Shown: piece by piece, positions 1 to 8,671 of the stretch | How the letters are laid out: every line of letters starts with the position of its first letter | Numbering within the stretch: position 1 is the stretch's first letter | DNA from: Candidatus Thorarchaeota archaeon | GTDB lineage: Archaea; Asgardarchaeota; Thorarchaeia; Thorarchaeales; Thorarchaeaceae | Direction: 5' to 3' | Assembly (NCBI GenBank): GCA_016933575.1 | Contig: JAFGAR010000203.1 | Span: 1 to 45,701, forward strand | Length of the DNA stretch: 45,701 nt | Program-made: the position numbers and the translations under genes | The notes under the pieces: model-generated | The model's database searches: none | What the model saw: the letters and a program-made list of their open reading frames with translations, nothing else | What the model was told of the DNA's origin: nothing

Positions 1-146
1 CTCCAAAAACCTCATGTTTAGTTTTCACAAAAAAAAAAGACTGTCAAATTAAAGAAAAAATGGATAATGGGAGAAATTTCACATCCATAGACCAAACAAT
101 GATTCTGTTTATCATTGATAAAAATTCAATGGAGGTCATCATATCT

Positions 147-908
147 TTGAAATATAGCATAATTGTGGTGATAGCTAGAACTGAGCTTAAAATGGCTTTG
201 AAGTCAAAAATGGTAAAAGCGGGTTTCCTTGTTGTGGCGATATTAGGACCATTGATTACACTCATTTCTCTGGGAATACCTCTTGCTTTCCTAAGACCTG
301 GACCTGACATTCAATTGTTAGTAGATTTCATGATGCCAACACTTCCTGCAATGCTTGGAGTTTTTTCACTTGTTCCGGCTACATTAATTGCGGCTAATGC
401 GATTGTTGGTGAACGTGAACAGAGCACCTTGGAGCCCTTACTATGTACTCCTTTAACGGACAAAGAGCTTCTGTTGGGTAAGATGTTAAGCTCCTTCATT
501 CCAGGCATCATTGTTCTTTTTTTACAAATAATACTATCATTCCTTGCTGTTACAATACCTTTGGTTCTAATGAACAAACCATTATTTCTTTTTCCGAATC
601 TACCTGGTCTCTTTCTGCTCGTGCTTGTAACACCAATAATGTCAATAGCTGTTGTTTCAGCAGTCATTATTATCAGTGGAAAAGTCAGTAGAGTATATGA
701 AGCCTATCAGACTGCAGGGCTTGTGACTTTGATTTTTATGGTTCCGATGGTTGGACCATTGATGATACTTGAATCAGGAACAGAGAATATTCATCAAATC
801 TGGTTTTTGAATGTCTTGACTCTTTGTATTGCTATCATACTCACAGCACTATCATCATTGATTGCGTTAAATCGTTTCAACAGAGATGCTATGGTGTCCC
901 GAATTTGA
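147..908 (+). CDS. ABC-2 type transporter permease subunit
   Basis: About 6 hydrophobic segments and the ABC-2 motif 'IVGEREQSTLEPLLCTPL..ELLLGK'. The ORF track starts at 60, but GGAGGT at 131-136 precedes an in-frame TTG at 147 (MKYSIIVVIARTELK), which is the more plausible start. No ATPase partner is in the window. Confidence 0.85.
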   Translation: MKYSIIVVIARTELKMALKSKMVKAGFLVVAILGPLITLISLGIPLAFLRPGPDIQLLVDFMMPTLPAMLGVFSLVPATLIAANAIVGEREQSTLEPLLCTPLTDKELLLGKMLSSFIPGIIVLFLQIILSFLAVTIPLVLMNKPLFLFPNLPGLFLLVLVTPIMSIAVVSAVIIISGKVSRVYEAYQTAGLVTLIFMVPMVGPLMILESGTENIHQIWFLNVLTLCIAIILTALSSLIALNRFNRDAMVSRI

Positions 909-1056
909 TTGATACATTTATTGCTCTTTGAATTACACAAAGAACTCCAGTGAAGAAATCAACAATCAGATCAAGGATCTATCATTTTATGTTAGACAAA
1001 GTCGAAGTATAAAGTGACCTTTTAGTCTTAAAAAAAAGAACTAGAATGGTGAAATA

Positions 1057-1884
1057 CTACATAATCCTGATTACTTCATGAGTTAGGGTTGAATCAGTAT
1101 CAATGTTTAGTATCAAAGCGTAATTCTCACTCATTGGGGGCACAGAGAAACATATGGTCTTGCCAAGTTGCCACACACCACCACAATGGATATGACCACT
1201 AATAACAAATTGAGGCTGCCTAGCTACGACTGCATTTAGGAGGCCTTTAGATCCTATTGAAAAACCTCCCATTCTTTCAGAACCTGGAAATCCAAAAGGA
1301 GGAGTATGAGACAACCATATGTCACAATCAGATGCATTCAGAACAAAGAAATCATAGATTTCATTCTCTTCAAATTCGCAAGAGGAGCGAAATTTATCCC
1401 AGCCCAAAATCAAATCATCTGATTCAGGAGAAGCAACTAGTTTCTTTCCTTCGAATCTAAGTCCCAATGTTTGCATAAAGTCCTTTATCCAAGAGGATCC
1501 TTCTATTTGAGCGAGCGTTGATTCAATGAAAGTTTCAGTCCCACTCAAGAAATGAGCTCTCATTGCTCTGCTGTATGTTATAGCATCAACGAATCCACCA
1601 AAACCTGCAAAAGAGAAACCAGAATAATCGACTGTCTTTTTGTGAATATTTAACCCATCATGATATTCTAGGAACGAACTGAGACAATCAGTATCGCAAT
1701 TGCCGGGAATCATCAGAAACTTACCAGCCGATTTAAGCTGGAGTAAGAAATCAAAAGCTTTTGTTGTTATTTCTCCAAACTCAACCAAATCTCCAAGACA
1801 AAGAGTAATATCCGAAGCTTTCACAAGATCTACAACTGAATCGTTGAAATTGCCATGTATATCGGATATTGCAGTTATTTTCAT
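1057..1884 (-). CDS. Calcineurin-like metallophosphoesterase (Icc-related)
   Basis: All five motifs are present: SDIHGN, LGDL, PGNCD, SHTPP, SGHIH. Likely start is MKITAISD at 1884 (track start 1905). Confidence 0.9.
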   Translation of the reverse strand: MKITAISDIHGNFNDSVVDLVKASDITLCLGDLVEFGEITTKAFDFLLQLKSAGKFLMIPGNCDTDCLSSFLEYHDGLNIHKKTVDYSGFSFAGFGGFVDAITYSRAMRAHFLSGTETFIESTLAQIEGSSWIKDFMQTLGLRFEGKKLVASPESDDLILGWDKFRSSCEFEENEIYDFFVLNASDCDIWLSHTPPFGFPGSERMGGFSIGSKGLLNAVVARQPQFVISGHIHCGGVWQLGKTICFSVPPMSENYALILNIDTDSTLTHEVIRIM

Positions 1885-2313
1885 TGAATTCCACTCATAA
1901 AACATCTATCCTATCTCTGCCAAGTGTACTAACTAGGATTGTATAATATACTATGTACCATTCAGTGAGTAGAAGAGATCAAAAAAATCCAAGTAGCAGA
2001 TATTTCAAAGTCTTCAAAAAAAGTTAAGATACATGCATTATTCACTTGGGTCCCTAGTATAAAACCGCAAGATGATAATCATCACAAGTACCTAATTCGA
2101 CTAAGACACATCGCCCAAGGCACCTGATCATAATCCTCAGATTGATACAGAATAAGTGCAAATTCTCTATTGGAAATCAGTGGTTTTTATGACAAAGTGA
2201 GGTTGAATTATTATAGCTAAAATACTTGGAAGATTGCTTAGAATTATCTAGTTGTTACTAACTACAGTAATAAAAATAGAGACTTATGAAAAGCAATTTG
2301 GTAGAAATAAACT

Positions 2314-3144
2314 ATGTGCGACTACTGCGTTCAACATGGAGCTGGTAAGAGATGGTATTTGAATGCAAGGAATCTATCGAAAGAACTGGCTCAAAGTGAT
2401 TTGGTGCGAACGTTTGCTGAACAGTATTTCTCTGAGATTGTACCAGAGGGACCTGATGGTTTTTCAGATAAAATATCCAGAGTTGCTCGACCGGTTCTGC
2501 CTGATGAAAGGAAGAGAGTAGAAAATAGATACCGCAAATATCTTCACCATCAGGTTGTTACTACAAGTGAGGTTATCGAGATTCTGAATCTCTGCAATAC
2601 TCAAACAGAGGAGCATCAAAGGTCGGTTGTTAGATTTCCTTGCATATGCCGATATAGTGCCTTAGGAAAAGAGAAGACACTACACTGCTTTGGGATTGCT
2701 TTCACTGATATTTACACTAGACGTTTCCCTAAGTACCTTGGAGGAAGACATGAGTACTTAGATCCAACCGAGGCAATCGAAATAGTAACAAAAATGGCTG
2801 AAGAAGAGAGTGTGGTTCATGCTGTTTCTGCAGTAGGTGTTCCGTATATTGGTATGCTGTGTAATTGCGATATGAATGTGTGCCACCCATATTTGCACCG
2901 TTTGAGACTTGGAATCTCAGAACCTTTTCACAAGGGGCACTACGTGACAACTGTAGATGAGAAGAAGTGCGTTGGTTGCGGGGAATGCGAGCAAGCATGT
3001 CCATTTGGTGCCATTCAAGTCGATTCTAGAAGTGGAATTGCTAGAGTGAATATTGAATTATGTTATGGGTGTGGAGTCTGTAGTCGAATATGTCCTGAAC
3101 AGGCACTTGAATCAGAGAAAGAATTGAGATCTTCTGATTTCTAA
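2314..3144 (+). CDS. 4Fe-4S dicluster-domain protein with additional N-terminal Cys motifs
   Basis: C-terminal CVGCGECEQACP and CYGCGVCSRICP; extra CDYC..H, CICR, HC and CNC...C motifs upstream. Confidence 0.85.
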   Translation: MCDYCVQHGAGKRWYLNARNLSKELAQSDLVRTFAEQYFSEIVPEGPDGFSDKISRVARPVLPDERKRVENRYRKYLHHQVVTTSEVIEILNLCNTQTEEHQRSVVRFPCICRYSALGKEKTLHCFGIAFTDIYTRRFPKYLGGRHEYLDPTEAIEIVTKMAEEESVVHAVSAVGVPYIGMLCNCDMNVCHPYLHRLRLGISEPFHKGHYVTTVDEKKCVGCGECEQACPFGAIQVDSRSGIARVNIELCYGCGVCSRICPEQALESEKELRSSDF

Positions 3145-3281
3145 CTAATTGCAAAGGATGATAGGAGAGATTCTAGCAATTCCTCATAATCGAATACCAA
3201 GTCGTAATAATCGAAATTCTTCTTACAAGTGAGATATTATTAGCAACCTATTCTCACCTTAGAACGTAGCAATTTATCATA

Positions 3282-4628
3282 TTGAAAAAACAGTTTCGAA
3301 GTATGCCCCTGGAATTGGTTAGTAAAAAAAGATTGACACATCATTCATTGGTCAACATACCACATTATGGCACCTCTCTTCTTCTTGTTCTTTTTTTATT
3401 GCTGATACCCACTGCAAATACTAATTCTTTTGTACCTAATAGTATCATCAGACAAAGCCAAGATGTGATTCACTATCAACGTAGAGAGGGAGTTCTTCCA
3501 GCACCCTCCTTAAGTGGAAATTTGGTGGGTTGCCCCACTGAACAGCCCTATGTTGTCTTTTTGCCTCCAAATTATGACAACACAACAGCTAACTTTCCTA
3601 CCGTGTATTTCCTGCATGGCTTCTCTACTTCGGCGACCTCATTCAGGAACACATTCTTGGACCTGAATTATCCTCAAGATATGATTGTAGTTGTCGTGAA
3701 TGGACGAACAACAGTTGGGGGGTCATTCTATGAAAATTCAGAGGTCACAGGTAACTGGGAAGACTATGTTGTCCATGATGTTGTTTCCTTTATTGATGAG
3801 CATTTCCGAACAATAAGGAATGCCAGTTACAGGGGCATCTCTGGATTATCAATGGGCGGCTATTCAGCTTTGAATATTGCAATGAAACATCCGGATGTTT
3901 TTAGTTCTGTATTTGCAATAAGTCCTGGACTTTTTTGTCTAGATGGAATAGAGGAATCGCAGATTTACAAATCTGTGTGTATCAATTACATGTTAGATTT
4001 GGAAACGGAACTAGCGGCTCAAGAGAATGATTCAATTGCCCATTCAATATACCTTGAACGGCTGAATAATCTTATTCCAAGTGATGACAGACTATTCTCT
4101 CTTGCTTATGGTTCTGCCTTCGCTCCTAATGCCAATAAGAGAGCCCCGTATATCGATTACATATTCTATCGCGACCAGGGAACAATCTATGAGAATCATA
4201 CTTCACGCTTACAATGGGAGGCAGGATTTGGAGGAATTCAAGAGGAGGTAGGAGTGTATAAGGACAAGCTTAGGAGTCTCAAGGCAATCGGTATTGAGTT
4301 CAGCGACCTCGATATGAATAGTTGGATTCCAAAAGGTTGTCGCTATTACAACAGCACACTTCGTTCATTCAACATAACACTTACAATCACTAACACAACA
4401 TATGGTCACGCAAACTATCTCAGTGAACGAATCGAGGAGTACATGCTCCCTTTTTTTTCAGATGTCTTCCAGAGTATTCAAAATACTCAATCTCAAGCAG
4501 TTATGAATTCATTAACAATTGGAATAGTTGTAACCGTTGGTCTTACAATCATAGTTATGGCAATTGTCATAACTTCTAGAAACAAAGTCAATGCATTGTC
4601 CACATCAATCTTAAGACCATTAGTATAG
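3282..4628 (+). CDS. Secreted, membrane-anchored alpha/beta-hydrolase (putative esterase family)
   Basis: YFLHG oxyanion motif, GLSMGG nucleophile elbow, late GH catalytic His candidate, N-terminal hydrophobic stretch (LLLVLFLLLIP) and a C-terminal TM helix. Start codon is uncertain. Confidence 0.85.
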   Translation: MKKQFRSMPLELVSKKRLTHHSLVNIPHYGTSLLLVLFLLLIPTANTNSFVPNSIIRQSQDVIHYQRREGVLPAPSLSGNLVGCPTEQPYVVFLPPNYDNTTANFPTVYFLHGFSTSATSFRNTFLDLNYPQDMIVVVVNGRTTVGGSFYENSEVTGNWEDYVVHDVVSFIDEHFRTIRNASYRGISGLSMGGYSALNIAMKHPDVFSSVFAISPGLFCLDGIEESQIYKSVCINYMLDLETELAAQENDSIAHSIYLERLNNLIPSDDRLFSLAYGSAFAPNANKRAPYIDYIFYRDQGTIYENHTSRLQWEAGFGGIQEEVGVYKDKLRSLKAIGIEFSDLDMNSWIPKGCRYYNSTLRSFNITLTITNTTYGHANYLSERIEEYMLPFFSDVFQSIQNTQSQAVMNSLTIGIVVTVGLTIIVMAIVITSRNKVNALSTSILRPLV

Positions 4629-5153
4629 TCATGTTAGAATATTAGCATAAATTTAGTGCTTTTACCTAGATTTGATACTTTTACTTAGACTGATCTAATG
4701 TGGATTTAGATGTACAATCTCAACACATGAGATTATAGATGTAACGAAGAGAAAGCACGGAGTTAGTAAAACCTTCTGACTCCAAAACGAGAATTTCGAC
4801 CTACTACCTCAAACACGAACATTTCGAGAAGATTAGCAGATGCTAATAAATGATAAGGCAAAAAGCATCATTTGCAACTTAATTACAAATCAAAGAAATC
4901 TCTTAAGTCTTCAAGAATAACAAGTCATGGAGACTTGGTGACTTGACAACACTAGTTATCTTGAAAGCATAATGTCCACAGTGTAATGAAACCTTTCGAT
5001 GTATTGTTACATCTTCCTTTGGATTCAGTGGAATTGATTGGCAGTGTATGGGAAAAGGTTAGTAATTATCAATTGAACAAATATTATAATCAAAGATTCC
5101 GGTATCATTAATATCATAAGAGTGAGATAGGAATTTTCTTTTAGGGATGCATT

Positions 5154-6323
5154 ATGGACAACACAAAGATTCGAGAAGCATACAAAGAAATCGATACATT
5201 TGCCGATGTGAACGAAAGTCTATCTGTATGTATGGATAAGTTAACAAATCTTGGTCTAGAAGCCATCCCCGTCAAAGATGAAAATGGCGAATTTGTTGGC
5301 TTGATTTCAATGAGGCATCTTCGGAGATCTCATCTTAACCCTGCAGAGGTTAAGATTCGTAAGTTAATTAAACGGGTTCCTCAAATCCAAATAGATGACA
5401 CTCTTGAAGAAGCATCGAGGGTAATGCTAGAGAATAACATAATGCACCTACCAGTTTATTCAGGAGAGCAGTTTAAAGGAATCGTTACTCATAATGATAT
5501 CCTAAAGCATGCCTTTACAGGAACTGTGGGAGAGAAAACAGCTAGCTCTATCATGTCAAAAAATCCTGAATTCATTCATCCCAATGATACAGCTGCTCAG
5601 GTACTGAATTTGTTTAGGCAACATGGTTATTCTCATTTGCCTGTTATGGATGGCAACAAAGTAGTTGGTATGATAAGTATAAGGGATATAATTGATTTAG
5701 TATACAGAGAACGAAAAAGATCCACAGTTGGCGAAAGAGTTGGAGAACGTATTAGCATTTCTGACATTGAAGTAAAGAGTGTTATGAACCGCCCAGTTGT
5801 ACAAGTTGATGTGAGTGATACGCTAACAGAATGTCTCGATAAAATGTTCAGAAAAAATATATCATCTTTGGTTGTGACTGATAACTATGGTCTGGCTGGC
5901 ATCCTGACCAAGTTGGACTTTCTCGAGCTTATAGCTAAAGAAGCTGTAGAAAAAAGAAGGATAACAGTTCAGTTCTCAATAAAACCTTCGGTTGAAGTTG
6001 GTGATAAGGACCAAGAGATAATGATTCGTAACTTTATGTCATTCAAAAGGAAATATGCTAAGACTCTCGGAAAAGGAACTCTATTTGTCTACATGAAGAC
6101 ACAAGGCTCTGTTGATGGAAAACATATGATTGTTCAATGTAGACTGAATCTTAGAACAGCTCTAGGTCAATATCATAGTTCTTCAGAAGCATATGGTCCT
6201 TTGGATGCATTTTCGATTGCTCTTGATCGACTTTCAAGACGGATATTACAAGATAAAGAAAATAAAGATGGACCTAGAACGAGTCAGCGATATATTGAAG
6301 GATATTTAGATTCGGAATTCTGA
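5154..6323 (+). CDS. Four-CBS-domain protein with C-terminal HPF/RaiA-like domain (candidate ribosome hibernation factor)
   Basis: Four CBS repeats (e.g. HLPVYSGEQFKGIVTHNDI, HLPVMDGNKVVGMISIRDI). The C-terminal ~100 aa follow a beta-alpha-beta-beta-beta-alpha pattern ending 'SSSEAYGPLDAFSIALDRLSRRI', similar to the HPF consensus 'A...DLY.AID..+DKLERQL'. Confidence 0.75.
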   Translation: MDNTKIREAYKEIDTFADVNESLSVCMDKLTNLGLEAIPVKDENGEFVGLISMRHLRRSHLNPAEVKIRKLIKRVPQIQIDDTLEEASRVMLENNIMHLPVYSGEQFKGIVTHNDILKHAFTGTVGEKTASSIMSKNPEFIHPNDTAAQVLNLFRQHGYSHLPVMDGNKVVGMISIRDIIDLVYRERKRSTVGERVGERISISDIEVKSVMNRPVVQVDVSDTLTECLDKMFRKNISSLVVTDNYGLAGILTKLDFLELIAKEAVEKRRITVQFSIKPSVEVGDKDQEIMIRNFMSFKRKYAKTLGKGTLFVYMKTQGSVDGKHMIVQCRLNLRTALGQYHSSSEAYGPLDAFSIALDRLSRRILQDKENKDGPRTSQRYIEGYLDSEF

Positions 6324-6330
6324 ATTATCT

Positions 6331-6574
6331 CTATATAACGGAGGATTTTCCATAGACACTTATGTTAACAAGGGCAAATCCATCGCCCTGATCGGCAACA
6401 TAGGCTGTAGTCCCAACAACCTTAACATCCGTTGCTCCTCCGCCAGTATCAATTGAACCTATTTGGGCAATAGTCATACCAGTCGATGTGAAATTCATGA
6501 AATAGGGAACCAATAAGAATTGATATTGAAATGATTTTTGTGATCACAAAAGCCACTTGTTGAGATCGCTTCAA
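6331..6574 (-). pseudogene. Frameshifted, truncated relic of a secreted LVIVD-repeat protein
   Basis: SD-like GGGAGAG precedes a TTG at 6574 that opens a signal-peptide-like MKRSQQVAFVITKIISISILIGSLF. The frame shifts near 6500 into a single LVIVD repeat (IGSIDTGGGATDVKVVGTTAYVADQGDGFALVNIS), which then stops. Confidence 0.65.
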
Positions 6575-6675
6575 GACTCTCCCTTATGAACGAGATTATT
6601 GACTCAAATAATAAGTCACTCGTTCTAAGTAAACTTGGAGAGTCTATGAGAAACCAATGATGCTGTTGCGGTGTT

Positions 6676-8547
6676 CTATTGTCTTAACTCACGATAGACA
6701 AATACTGCTACACCCAATAATATGATTGCAGATGAAGGGGCAGCAATCAACAACAATGCTAGAGTACCACTCTCTGCAATCTGAGGATTTGTTCCACGCA
6801 GATATTCCTGTAGATTTGTATAGGTATCGTCGTCGGGATCTTCATCAGCATCATTTACGAGAGGATCTAGTCCATTTGCAATTTCCCAAGCATCAGGAAG
6901 TTGATCTGAATCAGAATCACTGCTATTGGGATTCAATCCGTAAGTAAATTCCTGCAAATTTGTTAAAGTGTCATTATCATTGTCTTCAGATGCATCAGAT
7001 GGGTCAATCGGGTTAAGTCCGTTCTCAATCTCCCAGTTATCAGGAAGACTATCATTATCACTGTCAGGGTTAGTTCCATCTGTCCCATAGATGATCTCCA
7101 TTGCATCACTGACCGAGTCAGAGTCGCTATCAACACTGAATAGAGAGGAAGACAACCAATACTCATACTGGTCTGAAACACCATTCCCATTTGTATCAAC
7201 AGGATAATCGAAATAGGCATCAATACCTAAGGAATCGCTACCGGTATCCCAAGTTTCAAGGAGATAGAGTCCTTTCTCAGTAACTGATGTTGAGAAGATC
7301 TGAGTGAAATCCCAAGGATGCCCGGTGGTAAAAAGTCTAGTACCAAGTAGTGAACCAGTTGGCGAGTACAATAGAAATGTAGCAGAGGCTCCATACCAAC
7401 GAGCTGTGATATTGATTGTTGTTGCCATAGTAACAGGGAAGTAATACAAATTAGAGCGGTCAGGATAAGCTACAGCTCTATTGAATAGGATGTGCTTATC
7501 GCCATATGCTTTACTCATGGAGTAAGCAATACTTGCACCAATAAGAGCTGTTGCTTCTCGACCAGTAGCATATGAATACTCCCCACGACTCCAGACATCG
7601 TCAGGTGTATGAGTTGTGACATCTTCAGAGTAGCCTGATTCAAAAGCTAATACAGCTGCATCATATCCTGCTTGAACGAATCTCCATTCATCACACCTTC
7701 TCCATTGGCTGAATAATTCAGAAGAAACAGTCTTTACAATTGTATTTCCATACCAATTGGACATAGTCTTTCCTAAATCAGCCCAATATTGACTAACATG
7801 ATAGCTTGCTTGACCTAATTCGTTGTAAGCCAGAATCAGTTTTTCATCTGGAGGTGCCGATGTAGATTGACGCAAGATTGTGGTGACATCAAAGAGTGCT
7901 AAAATTTCTATGCCAGCATCCTCAAACGCTTCGGCAACCTCAGGACTGCCTAGTAACCGACCAGGTTTTGGTATAAGTATATCATATAATGCTTGATTTC
8001 CATTAAACGCCATGAAGTAGATGTCCAGAGGCCATTCATAATGCGACATTATTCGGATTAGTTCAAGAACAGCCGCAATACCACTTCCATCATCGTTGGC
8101 ACCTGGTGAAAGGGGGACTGTATCATAGTGGGCACTGATAACAAAGACTGGTAAATCATTACTTGGAAGGTACCCTGGTAGACGACCAACAACATTCTTG
8201 TAGTCACCGATTATTTCAATCTCCAATCGATCATTCGATAATTCCATCATCTTATCAACAAGCCAATAGCGTGACATCTCATTGACACTGCCTGGAATAT
8301 CAATGTCCAAATAGATATGTCTGGAACCATTTGAGGTGAATTCTTGAATATAGCTCTTGTATAAATCCTGATTGACTGACTCAAAAATTTCTGGAGATAT
8401 ATCCACATCATAGATTCTGGGAAGACTCGAAGCAAAAGAAGCGTGACCAATTACTTGTGGTTCAAACGATACTCGAGTGTCAGATGCAGCTTGGATTGAT
8501 GTAAACATTAAAACAAAAATGACCAACATGAACCACAGGTTTCTCAT
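6676..8547 (-). CDS. M28-family peptidase-like cell-surface protein with Ca-binding DxDxD (thrombospondin type 3-like) repeats and C-terminal TM anchor
   Basis: Signal peptide; SAHYDT and PGANDDGSG motifs; HTPDD; repeated DSDNDSLPDNWE / DNDNDTLTNLQE units; C-terminal TM helix. Confidence 0.85.
   Translation of the reverse strand: MRNLWFMLVIFVLMFTSIQAASDTRVSFEPQVIGHASFASSLPRIYDVDISPEIFESVNQDLYKSYIQEFTSNGSRHIYLDIDIPGSVNEMSRYWLVDKMMELSNDRLEIEIIGDYKNVVGRLPGYLPSNDLPVFVISAHYDTVPLSPGANDDGSGIAAVLELIRIMSHYEWPLDIYFMAFNGNQALYDILIPKPGRLLGSPEVAEAFEDAGIEILALFDVTTILRQSTSAPPDEKLILAYNELGQASYHVSQYWADLGKTMSNWYGNTIVKTVSSELFSQWRRCDEWRFVQAGYDAAVLAFESGYSEDVTTHTPDDVWSRGEYSYATGREATALIGASIAYSMSKAYGDKHILFNRAVAYPDRSNLYYFPVTMATTINITARWYGASATFLLYSPTGSLLGTRLFTTGHPWDFTQIFSTSVTEKGLYLLETWDTGSDSLGIDAYFDYPVDTNGNGVSDQYEYWLSSSLFSVDSDSDSVSDAMEIIYGTDGTNPDSDNDSLPDNWEIENGLNPIDPSDASEDNDNDTLTNLQEFTYGLNPNSSDSDSDQLPDAWEIANGLDPLVNDADEDPDDDTYTNLQEYLRGTNPQIAESGTLALLLIAAPSSAIILLGVAVFVYRELRQ
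6780..7200 (-). repeat. About six intragenic Asp-rich Ca-binding peptide repeats (D-x-D-x-D-x-L-x-D/N-x-x-E...G-T/L-N/D-P)
   Basis: Units visible in translation: DTNGNGVSDQYE, DSDSDSVSDAME, DSDNDSLPDNWE, DNDNDTLTNLQE, DSDSDQLPDAWE, DPDDDTYTNLQE. Confidence 0.85.
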
Positions 8548-8671
8548 GAGCTTTCCGAGATGTCTTGTCTAAAAAAAGATAGTGTAAACGCAAAGGGGTT
8601 CCTTGAAGAAGTCATAGCCGACTGTGTTATATGGAACGATTCGGATATTTTAGATAATTCAATGTTTACAT

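Noticed and set aside
6536-6551. Perfect 16-bp palindrome TTTTGTGATCACAAAA
   Set aside because: It lies inside the relic signal-peptide coding frame, occurs once and is AT-rich, with no linked regulator. It cannot be supported as an operator.
6780-7200. Repetitive DNA that might be a CRISPR or tandem array
   Set aside because: The repeats are degenerate at DNA level and explained by Asp-rich protein repeats; no cas genes are present.
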